Part shown: piece by piece, positions 36,950-48,797 of the stretch
Layout of the letters: every line of letters begins with the position of its first letter
Numbering within the stretch: the first letter of the stretch is position 1
Assembly (NCBI RefSeq): GCF_009914755.1
Contig: NC_060948.1
Source: the human T2T-CHM13v2.0 reference genome, Homo sapiens
Strand: one strand, 5' to 3'
DNA length: 64,000 nt
Position numbers and translations under genes: made by a program
Notes under the pieces: generated by a model
Told to the model about the DNA's origin: nothing
Databases searched by the model: none
Seen by the model: the letters and a program-made list of their open reading frames with translations, nothing else

Positions 36950-39900
36950 TTTTGTGGGTATCTATCAGATCTTCTTGATGTAGTGCTGAGTTCAGGTCCT
37001 GAATACCTTTCTTAATGTTCTGTTTCAATGATCTGTCTAATATTGACAGTGGGATGTTAACATCTTCCACTATTATTGTGTGGGAATCTAGACCTCTTCG
37101 AAGGTCTCTAAGAACTTGCTTTATGAATTTGATTGCTCCTGTGTTGAGTGTATATATATTTAGAATAGTTAGATTTTTTTTAGTTGAATTGAACCCTTTA
37201 CCATTATGTAATGATCTTCTTTGTCATTTTTGATCTTTGTTATTTTAACGTCTGTTTTGTCAGAAACTACAGTTGCAACTTCTGCTTTTCCTATTTTCTA
37301 TTTGCTTGGTGGATTTTCCTTCATCTCTTTATTTTGAGCCTGTATGTGTTATTGCATGTGAGATGAGTTTCTTGAAGACAGCGTACCAATGGGTCTTGGT
37401 TCTTTATCCAGCTTGTCACTCTGTTTCTTTTAATTGAAACATTTAGCCCATTTACATTTAGTGTTAGTATTGATATGTGTTTATTTGACTTGTTTATGTG
37501 ATTGGTTTGTAGTGTCACTCGTGTTTACTTCAATGTGGTTTTGTAGTGGCTGGTAATGGTCTTTCTTTTCTATATTTAATACTTCCTTTAGGGTCTCTTG
37601 TAAGGCAACACTAGTGGTAACAAATCCCCTCATCAGTTGCTTCTCTGAAAAAGATTTTATTTCTCTTTCACTTATGAAGCTTAGTTTGGATAAATATAAA
37701 ACTCTGTGTTGGAATGTCTTCTATTTAAAAATGTTGAACATTGGCCCCTAATTTTTCTGGCTTGTAGGTTTTCAGCTGAGTGGTCCACTGTTAGTCTGAA
37801 AGGCTTCACTTTGTAGAAGACCTGGCCTTTTTTTCTAGCTGTCTTTAACATTCTTTCTTTCATTTCCACTTTAGAGAATCTGATGATTACGTGTCAAACC
37901 AAACAGCTATAAATTTCGTCTCTTTACATAATCTCATGTTTCTTGGATTTTTTATTTCTTTTTGTTTTTTATCTATTCTTGTCTGCCTGTATTACTTCAG
38001 AAAGGCAGTATTCAAGCTCTGAGATTCTTTCTTTTGCTTGGTCTATTTTGCTACTAATATTTGTGATTGCATTATAAAATCCTTAGATTGTGATTTTAGC
38101 TCTATCAGACCAGTTCTGTTCTTTTCTATACTGGATATTTTATCTATCAGCTCTTGCAATGTTTTCTCATAAATTTTAGCTTCCTTGCATTGGGTTATAA
38201 CATACTCTTTTAACTCAGTGAACTTCATTTTTATCTATATTCTGAATTCTACTTCTGTCATTTCAGCCACCACAGGCTCAGCCTGGTTTTGAAACCTTGC
38301 TGGAGTGGTGATGTGCTTTTTCAGAGGAAAGTGGTCATTCTTGCTTTTTGAGTTTTCAGCATTCTTACACTGATTCTTTTTCAATTTTGTGGGCTTATCT
38401 GTCTTTAATCTTTGAGGTTGCTGATCTTTGTATATTTTTTTCAAAAATCTGACCACTTTTCCATAAGGCTGCTGTGATATGCTGAGGGTCCAATCCAGTC
38501 TGTAGTCACCTCATATTTTCTGGTACCTGTAGGTATCATCAGTGAAGGAGGTGAAACAGCAAAAATGGCAACCTTTTCCTTTCTCTGTAATCTCTGTCTC
38601 AGGGAGGTAAGCACCTGTTGCCATCTTGAATACACCTGTAGGAGGTTGTTGAAAATCCCAGATGGGACTTTTTTGCCCAGTCAAGAGGAATTGGATTGGA
38701 CACTCACTTAAAAAAGTAGTATGGCCAATATTATGTTGAATACCTGTGGGGTACTGGGCATCCACTTCAGTCCCTGATTACCTCAGACACTCTAAAGCCT
38801 GAAGGCTGAAACAGCTAAGTCGCCCAAATAGCAAAGACGGTGGCCTGTCCCTCTTCCTGGGAGACTTATCCAAGGGAGGTCTGAAACCTCTGTCAGCTGG
38901 GGAACACCAGTGGGGGTAGTTGTATAACCTCATTAAGGTGATCCACCTGATGATGAGAAACAGTGTTGGGACCTGCTTAAAAAAGCCATCTGGCCATATT
39001 TTCATGGGGCCACTGTGCTGTGCTGGGTACTGTTTCACTCCCAGATGGTTTGGCCTCTCCAAATCCTGAAGGTTGGAACTGCTAAGTCACCCAGACACCA
39101 AAGATGGTGGCCCACCCATCCCTCTGGGAGTTCCATCTGAGGAGTTTTCAAATTTCTGTAGGCAAGGGAACACTGGCAGGGACAGCTGGAGGGCCCAATT
39201 AGGCAGTCCTGCCAAGTGAGGGGTAATGACATCAGAGACCCACTTCGAAAAGCTGTCTGAGCCTGATTTTATAGAGCAGCTGTGAGATGTGTATGGGTAC
39301 CACTTTTGCCCCAGCCAGCTTGGGCACTCCAAAGCCTGGAGGCTGGAATGACTAAGTCACCCAAACAGCAAAGATGGTTTTTTGCTCTTCCCTCTGGGAG
39401 CTCTGTCTCAGGGACTTTTCAAATCTCTGTTGGCTGGAGAATACAGACGGTGGTGGCTGGAGGCCCCAGTTGGAAGGTCCTACCCAATGAGATGGAATGG
39501 ATTTGGGACCTGCTTTAAAAAGTAGTCTGGCCACATTTTGGTACAGCAGCTGTTCTGTGCTATGGGATCCCTTCCACCCACAGTTAGCTTGGGTTCTCCA
39601 AAGCCTAACGGCTGGAATGGGTAAGTCTCCCAAACAGCAAAGAAGGTGACCTGCCCATCCCACTGAAAACTCTGTCCCAGAGAGTTTTCAAACTTCTGTT
39701 GGCTGGAAAACACTGGTAAAGGTGATTTGAGGCCCCATTTGGGAGGTTCTACATAATGAGGAAAAATGAGATCGAGGAAAGATTAAGTAAACAGACTGGC
39801 CACACTTTCATAGAGCCGCTGTGCTTGTGCTGAGGTACCACTTTCACCCCAGTCAGCTAGGGTTCTGCAAAGCTCAAAGGCTGAAATGACTAAGTCACCC

Positions 39901-40414
39901 AAATACTGGGATTCAAACTCTTTCCTCAGGGGTATGTATGGAGGTCTAACCTTCTGCTTTGCAGGAGTTGCAGATACTTTTGTTGGGAAGACAGGAGCTG
40001 GAGTATCTAAAGCTCCCAAGTATCTGTATGTGTCTGAGTGTTTTCCTTGCCAAGACCCCACGTAGTTCCGTGTGTCAGACTGACAGCCTTCATGGAGTGG
40101 ATTCATGAGGGGATCTCCTATTTCAAGGGTTGCAAAGATCCATGAGAGAAGTGTGGTTTCCCAGGGTCACACATTCACTCACCACTTCCCTGGGTTGGGG
40201 ATATTTTCTTGGCTCTGCATCACTCCCAGGTGGGCCGTTGTCTTGCCTTGCTTTTCTCCATTCTCCATGGGTCAAGTTGTTTCCTTGATTAGTCCCATTG
40301 TAAGTACTTGAATGTTTCAGTTGAAGGTGCTGTATTTATTTGCCCTTTTAGTTCCTCTCCATGAGAGTCACATATCTTAGCTGTTTCTAGTCGGCTGTCT
40401 TGGCCACCTGTCTC
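36950..40414 (-). mobile_element. 5' half of an old primate L1 (about L1PA13-16): 5' UTR, ORF1 and start of ORF2 endonuclease
   Basis: 5' end GGTGGCCAAGACAGCCGACTAGAAACAGC. ORF1 remnants (MKERMLKTARKKGQV). EN motifs HISILTLNVNGLN and CLQETHL. Confidence 0.9.
38555..39905. repeat. ~269-bp tandem array, 5 copies, in the L1 5' UTR
   Basis: Anchor AAAGCC..AGGCTGGAA..GCTAAGTCACCCAAA at 38794, 39061, 39331, 39600 and 39869. Confidence 0.9.
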
Positions 40415-40610
40415 AATAATTATACTTTAAACACATTTGGAATGAGTAGAACAGACTATAATGTAATAACAATGAACTTTATTTAGTTTACAACAAACCT
40501 AGTGAAGTAGGTAAAAGAGTTATTTTTCCTTATTTATAGACCAATGAATTACATTGAATAAATTGGAGATCTTTAGTTTCTCTTCAAAAATGCAATTAAG
40601 GAATACATGT

Positions 40611-41010
40611 TGAGAAATGCAAATACAATTCTAAGCTGCTCAACTGATTGAATAGACCTCTCCTTGTCCAAGGGGACCCCAGAGAAACTGTGGAAGCTGA
40701 GTTACCATTAGGCTGTTTTTTCTAAAGGCTGAACATAAGTCAGACCTTTAAAAAGACTCCACCACTAATTTCAATCAACCCAACTGCCTGACTGCTGCCC
40801 ATCCCTGTTGCAGTTTTGATACAACAACTGGCCAGCATTCTTTTCTTCTAAGAGACTAGCAAACATGGAACGATTCTGGCCAGTCTATGGAGAATGAGGA
40901 GTGAGAGTTTCCATGTCCTCTGCTTCACCTTTTGATGGCAGAGGCCCAAAAGCTCCAACCCCAGATTATACTAAGCCCACCATTTTTTAAACATGGGACC
41001 CATGAAGGGG
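40611..41010 (+). mobile_element. MER50-like LTR, 3'-truncated
   Basis: AATTCTAAGC...CCAAGGGGACCCCAGAGAAAC...TGTCCTCTGCTTCACCTTTTGA. Confidence 0.7.
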
Positions 41011-42130
41011 TATGGTGGTTTTGATTTGCATTTCCATTATACATCTTTTCATATACCTGTTGGTCATTTGATTGTTATCTTCGAGGACATATCCATTCAC
41101 TTCCTGAGTCCATTTTTTAATTGTGTTGTTTTTTTGCTATTGAGTTATACTAGTTATTTACTAATTTTAGATATTAATCCCCTAGCAGATAATGGCTTGC
41201 CAATATTTTCTTGCATTTGTTAGGTTGTCTCTTTACTCTATTGATTGTTTTCTTTGCTGTGCAGAAACTTTTTAGTTTGACATAGAATTGAAATCATAAT
41301 ATCTATCAAAGAGACATCAGCACTTCCATGCTCATTGTAGCAGTATTCACAAAATCTAAGATACAGAAACAACCTAAATGTCCATCAACAGATGAATAGG
41401 TAAAGTAAGTGTCAAATATACATACAGTAAAATACTATTCAGCCAAGAAATTCTCTTATAGGTGACAATATGAATGGGTTTGGAAAACATTACACTAAAT
41501 GAAATAAGTCAGTTACAGAAAAATATATACTGTATGGTGCCACTTATATGAGATATTTAAAAGAGTCAAACTCACAGAAACAAAAAGTAGAATAATAGTT
41601 AATGGGGTGTGAGGAGGGAAAAGTGGAGAATTGCTATTCAAAGTCTATAAAGTTTCAATTATGCAATATGAATAAAGTTCTAGAAATCTACCATACAAAT
41701 GTATGCCTATAGCTAACAATACAGTAGATGCTTCATATTTATGGGTACTGCATCTGTGGATTCAACCAAGCAAAGATCAAAAATATTCAAAAACAATAAA
41801 ATAATATGCATTAAAAATGTAGTATAACAACTGTTTGCATGCCATTTACATTGTATAAGGTGTTACAAGTAATCTAGAAGGATTATTTAAAGTATACAAA
41901 AGGATATGAATAGGTTATATGCAAATATCATATCATTTTATATAAGAAACTTGAGCATCCACAATTCTGGCATTCACAGATGTGGACTGGGTAAGGGACC
42001 TGAAATCAATACCCCATAGACTGAAAAATGACTCTACTACACTGTGTACTTAAAATTGTGTTAAAAGGGTAGATTTTATGTTAAGTGTTCTTACCACAAT
42101 TTTAAACAAAAGAAATAACAAAATAAAGAG
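41011..42130 (+). mobile_element. L1MA-type 3' end with an inverted 5' segment (41011-~41280 is minus)
   Basis: Minus-strand ORF2-end fragment is joined to a plus-strand 3' end (CAACCTAAATGTCCATCAACAGATGAAT...GGGTAGATTTTATGTTAAGTGTTCTTACCAC). Confidence 0.7.
41722..42035 (+). mobile_element. MER2 (TcMar-Tigger) DNA transposon inside the L1MA
   Basis: GCATCTGTGGATTCAACC and TAGGTTATATGCAAATA...CTTGAGCATCC motifs, with TA on both sides. Confidence 0.8.
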
Positions 42131-42159
42131 TAAATTTTTAGTATTTTAAATAATAAAAG

Positions 42160-44150
42160 CTGCTATGGAAAAAATAAAAGCAAGGTAAGCATAATAAGAA
42201 ATATTTAGTTACATAAATAAAGATAATTGAGGAAAACTTCATTGACAAAGTAATATTTGAGTAAAGACTTGAAGGCAGGGAGGGAGCTCTTTAGGTAAAT
42301 ATCTTATATTTGGGGGAATAATATTTCAGGCAGAGGAAACTGCAAGTGTTAAGTGCCTGATGTGGAAGCATACACTGTGTTTTCATTGAACAACAACAAA
42401 ATCAGTGTGAAGAGCAAATTAGTAAGAGTGGTAACAGTAGTCAGATCACAGAGAGGTTTGCACACCTTTTTAAATATTTGGTGTTTACTCAAAATGACAT
42501 GGGAAGACATTTAAATGTCTTAAGTACAGAAGTAATATAATCTGTCCTATGTCTTAAAATGAAAATGCTGGAGGCTGTGTGGAAAATAAAGAGTAGTAGA
42601 GATAAGGAGAGGAGTAGGGGGACCAGATAACTGACTCCTACTTTCTTCCAGGCAAAAAAAATATGGTGCCTTGAATCAGAATAGTAGCAGTAAAAGTGGA
42701 GATAAGTGTTGAAATTGGGATGCATTCAAAGGCAGAACTTAAGGAACGTGCAGATGGATTGAATGTAGAGTTTCAGAGAAATGACAACCAGGATTACCCC
42801 CAACGTTTTTGGCCTGGGAAATTGAAAGAAGGACATTTTTATTCACTAAGATTCAAAAGACTTTAAAAGGAGCAAGCTTAGGTGGAAACCAGAGTTGACT
42901 TTTATTTAGTAAAAAGTCAAATAAAGTCAACTTAGTTGATGTTTACATGTGCTGATGTTGAAATGGCTAGGAGACAGCCAAGTAAAGACATTGAATATAT
43001 AGTTTCATAAATAATTTTGAGTTCAGGAGAGAGGAACACACTGAGCATTTAAATATGGTATGGTATGGTATTCAATTCCATGGGACTAGATGAGGTCACC
43101 TTATAGATGAGGTGACCAAGAAGAGTAGCTTTCACTTTTGATCATAAATTATAATTTAAAAGTACATTTTATATTGTGACCCAGCACATATGAAAAATAC
43201 TTGTTTTTATTAAGTACAATGAAATCTAATATTTCCTGTTCTATTCCCCCACCCCTTATCAACCTAGTTCTGTCCTATAATATTTATTTTATGACTCATT
43301 AATAGATGTCTACCTAGAGTATGAAAAAAAATGCCACCTACGGAATTCTTGTCAGTACAAAAAAGGACTGTATGGAGATTGTGTCTTGCAGCATACTTAT
43401 TTTTAAAGGTAAGGTTGATGCGGTACAACCAGGCAGAAAGAGCTTTAGTAAGAAAAAGGAGCCTCTAATGAAGTAAGAGAAGAATGGCATCTAGAAGCCA
43501 AAAATGAAATTTTCTTAAGAAAGAGAAAGCTATGAACTATGTCCATTGTTATTAATAGGTTGAGTAAGGTGGGTAATGGGAATCGATCACTGGATATAGC
43601 AGCACAGAAACAATGGGTTTCCTTAATTAGAGCAGTTTCATTGTAATGCTGATTACAATAGCCTTATTTGCCTGGGCATAAGACAGAATAGTAGGAGAGA
43701 AAGTGGAGACAAAGAGTGAAGATTCTTTTAGGGAAATTTTATGTAAAGAAGATCAGTGAAATGAAGCAGAAACTGAAAAAAAATAGATGGGGAGTCAAGG
43801 GAAGTGATCTTTTTGGCATGTTGTGTGTTTTTAACATGGAAGACACACACCTATAAAAGTCTTTGAATAGGCAAAAAGACAGGCACTTTTGTACAGAATT
43901 GATGTATAGTAGTAGGTGGCAAATGAAATTACATGGACCCCAATAAAATAAGTGAGAAAGGATGAAAGCATGAAAGGTATTTTACATTGCTTCTACATTC
44001 ACAGTAAGTAGAAAAGCATTTTCATGAGCTGAAAATAGAAGGAGAAAAGATGTTGAAGTTTGGAGCAGAGAGAAGAAACTGTGAAATAGTTATCTAGATT
44101 CTAGAACAATGGGCGAGGTAAATGGAGTAGTATTGCTAGACAGCATTAAG
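42160..44150 (-). mobile_element. L2 fragments
   Basis: TCAGGCAGAGGAAACTGCAAGTG, GCAGATGGATTGAATGTAG and GGACTAGATGAGGTCACC are L2-like motifs. Confidence 0.65.
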
Positions 44151-44482
44151 GTGCTCCCTTATGGTTAGTGGTTATGTCCATATTCATAATATAACTGTTC
44201 ATCAAGTTTTCTGTTTCCTTTCTCTTATTCTCTCATTCTCCACTTCTTCTTGTTATATATTCATATATTCTTGCTACTTCCAAGTGTAATCTTAAAGCAT
44301 AATTCTATCATGCCATTATCTTATTCATTTTTTTTTTAATTTTCTGGCATGGATTACAGAATAAACTATAAAAAGATTATTGTCACCTCTTAGTTTTCAA
44401 GGTTGATCTTTTACTTTTTTGACTATATTCACAATGCTAGTTCAAACAGGATTACTTACTGTTCATAAAAATGCCATTCATT

Positions 44483-44808
<326 letters not shown>

Positions 44809-44919
44809 TTACGGTGTCTTCTTATTGCTGGACATTTGACTTCTTAATATTAACTATGTCCATTATCACCTCATATATATTGTGCCTCATCCAATTAAAA
44901 ATTGTATTTTCTTTTTATC

Positions 44920-45397
44920 CTAGCAGCCTCTGGAGAATAAAAATCAGCATGGATATTGAAACAAATGAACATAACCTCACAACATCTTGCTTTATGTCTG
45001 CAACGCCCATCTGTTGCGATTATACATGGGATTTCCTTATTAATGCTGAATATATGATATACAAGTACTGCTTACAACCCAGAGATTCAGGGGAAAGAAC
45101 ACTCCATAGGGTAAATTATTGATCAGTAGGAGACTGCAAGATAAATTTTTCTGCTTTCATATTTAGACAGATTGCTTTACTATGTAATAGTTTATTCAGC
45201 CCCCTTCGAAGACAGTCCTGGGTGATTGATTGATTTGTGTCACTCAGCTCAATAGCACACACTTATATTAGTGCTTTCTTCTTTCCTGATTCCCTTTCTA
45301 CCTTTTCACTCCTGCTTCCCTGGTACTTTACTACCAAAATAGTGACACCTATGTTTTTGCCTCACGTTCTGTTTCCTGAAAAACTCAGGATAATACA
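44920..45397 (+). mobile_element. Possible ancient ERVL LTR (LTR16/33-like)
   Basis: Ends TTCTGTTTCCTGAAAAACTCAGGATAATACA, similar to ERVL LTR termini. Confidence 0.4.
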
Positions 45398-45950
45398 ATA
45401 CCATTATTTGATCTTTACAACAACCCTGTGAAGAAAGATATATCATTATCTCCATACAATGCATAATCAAACTGAAGCACAGAATATGTCACCGATTTTC
45501 CTAAATTATTTGAGGTATTCAGATATTAGAACTGAGTCTCCTGATTACAGCTGCACTGCTATTTTTACAATTTCTACTATACATCTTTAAGGCCCACTTT
45601 TAGTGCTCTGGATTCCTCAGTAAGTAGTGATCGCTTCTCTCCGTAGGTAAAAAATAATTAACTTTTATTTTGTTAAACATGTTTTGAAGTATCAATTTAT
45701 TTGTTGATGAGGCTACTACTTCCACTGTATTGTTAACTGAGAGAAATATCTTTATTGCCTATAAAGATCAGCACAGTAGACACTAAATGATTGTCTCAAA
45801 ATAGAGAATATGTTAGTGTTGAGGAAGTGAAATCAATAAATGAATGAATAAATGGATTAAATGTCCCAATCTTTTCAACCCTTGACATATACACATTTAG
45901 AATTCGTATTTTCTTATATTATTTTCAGAACAAGTAAACTAAAAATGTTT

Positions 45951-46053
45951 TATCTCAATAATATGAATATTATTAATATTCTCATTATGTCTCAATAATA
46001 TGAACAGTATTAATATTCTCAATATATCTCAATAATATAATATTATAAATATT
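45951..46053. repeat. 37-bp AT-rich minisatellite, ~2.8 copies
   Basis: T.TCTCAATAATATGAA.A.TATTAATATTCTCA.TA at 45951, 45988 and 46025. Confidence 0.9.
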
Positions 46054-46429
46054 AATGTAACAACATTAATATTAGTAATTTAGAAATCCATTCAAACTGG
46101 GATTTTTATTTACTTAGAAGTCCGTAAATGCTTTTAAAAATATCTAAGGTCTTAGATTCATTTCTTGGAGATTTGTCCTAAGCAATTTATAAAAGGAAGT
46201 TTTATCTACAAACATCTTTACTGTCACAAGATTTATAACAATGAAAATTATAGAAATAGAACAAATATAAAACAATACGTGAAGTGAACTAAATATTAAT
46301 AAAACCAGTCAATTTAATATCATGAAACCAATAAAAATTATATTTGTATAAGTTAAAAACTACAGAAATATAAGGCATATTAAATTTTTATACTTTGGAA
46401 TCACAAGTATGTAGAACAAAAGTACAAAC

Positions 46430-48212
46430 AGGAGAGACAGAGAAAGATGGCTGTATAGAAGATTTCATTGATCACCACCCCCTTGCAGAACCACCAAATT
46501 TAAAAACCATCTACACACAAAAAGCACATTAATAAAAACTAAAAATCAGGTGAGCATTCACAGTACCTGGTTTTAATATTATATCACTGAGATAGACACT
46601 AAAAATGGTAGAAAACATAGACTGGAATCACTGATGCCACCGTTCCCCCTTTGCTCAGCAGCAACCATGGTGTGAAGAGAAAAGCTATGCACATGGGAGA
46701 GAGAGAGTGCAGTGATTGTGAGAATTTCCATTGAACTCAGTGCTTACAGTGGAAAGCAAAACCAGAAGAAACTAAACTGATTGGGTTGGTTAAGTTGCCA
46801 ACCGATGGAGAAAACATTTAAACCAATCCTAGGGAGAGGGAAATTGTGCATGCTGGTGGTCAGAATTTGAGTATGAATAAGTCATACTACAATGGTCTAA
46901 AGTGCTCTGGGGTTCTAAGTAAACTTGAAAGGCAGCATAGACCAAAAGGAATGAAACTCCTAAGTAAGTCCTGGTGCTGATCTGTGTTCAGAGCCAGTGG
47001 ACTAAACAAGCATGCAACTGACTCAGACATCAGCCAGGATGGCTAAGAGAATGTTTGCACCACTGCTCTACCAAACGCAGGCGGCATAGCTCCTGAGTCC
47101 AAAAGACACCTCTTTCTCTCTCTTGAAAGGAGAGAGAAGAATAAATAGGACTTTGTCTTTGTCTTGAATCTTGGCTACCAGCTTAGTCACAGTAGGATAG
47201 GGCATGGGTCAGAGTCATGAGGCCCCCGTTCCAGGTCCTAGCTCCTGGAGGACATATTTAGACACACCATGGACAAGAAGGAAACCAACTACATTGAAGG
47301 GAAAGACACAGTCCTGGCAAGACCCATAACCTGCTGATTAAAGAGCCCTTGGGCCCTGAATAACCAGCAGCAATACCCAGGTAGTACACCAAAGGCCTTG
47401 GGTGAGACTTTAAGATTTGCTGGCTTTAGGTTACGCTAAGCAAATTCCCAGCTGTAGTGACTGTGGGGCAAGAATCCTTCTTGAGAAAAGCAGTGGGAAA
47501 AGTAAAGGGGACTTTGTTTTGCAACTTAGGTACCAGGTCAGCCACAGGGTTATACAGCACCAAGCAGGCTCTTAGGGTCCAGAATTCAAGGTCTTGGCTC
47601 TTGTATGGCACTTATGAATCTTCCTTCAGAAAGAGGGTAGCCCACTGCCTAAAAGTGTGAATCCCAGGCCTGGCAGCATTTACCACAAGCCGAATGAAGA
47701 GCACTGGAGCCTTAAGTGAACATTGGCAATGGCCTGGCAATACTCTCTGTGGGCCTGTGGTGGTGGATGGCCACAAGGGGAGGCTTGTCTGCCTGTGGAA
47801 AGAGTCTGCCTGAGGGAAGAGTGAGAAAAACTGTGTCTTTTTGTTTGAGTGCTAGTTCAGCCACAGTACAATAGAACTATGTCTATTGTTTGAGGTTTTT
47901 GTAAATGTCTGAGGTTTTTGACTCCCTGGCTCCTAGATGGTACCTCTGGACCTGCCCAAGCCTGGGGAACTTATCAACAAGAAGGGAAAAACACAGGCCC
48001 GGCTGGCTTTACCATCTGATTGTAGAGACCTAGTGTGTTTACAAACATAGGCAGTAGACAGGGAGTGGTTATAGCAGATGTTGGGAAAAACCCAGTGATA
48101 TTCTGGCTTCAGGTCAGACCCAGCACAGTCCCTTTGGTGGTGCCCACAGGGTTGCTTGTGTCATCCCATTCACAGCTCCAAGTGGCACAACACACACACA
48201 CAGAGACTTTGT
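46430..48212 (+). mobile_element. Isolated L1M1/L1MA-type 5' UTR
   Basis: AAGATGGCTGTATAGAAG...AAAAATCAGGTGAGCATTCACAGTACCTGGTTTTAA. Ends before ORF1. Confidence 0.75.
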
Positions 48213-48797
48213 TAGTCATGTTGACCATTTTTTCTTGTACTTAATGGTCATTTGTATATCTTCTTTGGAGAAATGACTATTCAACTTTTTTACCCATTTA
48301 TTACTCAAGTTGTTTTGTATTTTCTTGTTACTGAGTTATAGTTCTTTGTATATTCTGGATATTAACTCTTTATCAAATATATGATTTGAAAATATTTTTC
48401 CCATTATGTAGGTTGCATTTTTACTTTCTGGTAGTATTTTTAGTGCAAAAATATTTTTAACTTTAATAAACTTCAATTTATCTATTTTTTCTTCTTTCGC
48501 CTGTGCTTTTGGTATCATATTTCAGAAATTATTGCCAAATCCAATGTTACAAAGATTTTCCCTTATGTCTTTCCCTGAGAGTCTTATGCCCTTAGCTCTT
48601 ACATTTAGGCATTTGATCAATTTTGAGTTAATTTTTGTATATGGTATAAGGTAAGTATCAGACATGATCCTTTTTCATGTAGATATCCAGCTTTCCCATC
48701 ACCATTTGTTTTCTCAATTCAATGACTTTGTCTAAAATCATTTGCCTATATAGGCAAAAGTTTATTTCTGGGCTTTCTATTTTATCCTATTGGTTTA
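48213..48797 (-). mobile_element. Old L1M ORF2 fragment (continues beyond 54107)
   Basis: ORF 48336-48518 MIPKAQAKEEKIDKLKFIK...LISRIYKEL. Confidence 0.8.

Noticed and set aside
38555-39905. Regularly spaced motifs resembling a CRISPR-like array
   Set aside because: Whole units are homologous, with no unique spacers. They lie within a human L1 5' UTR.
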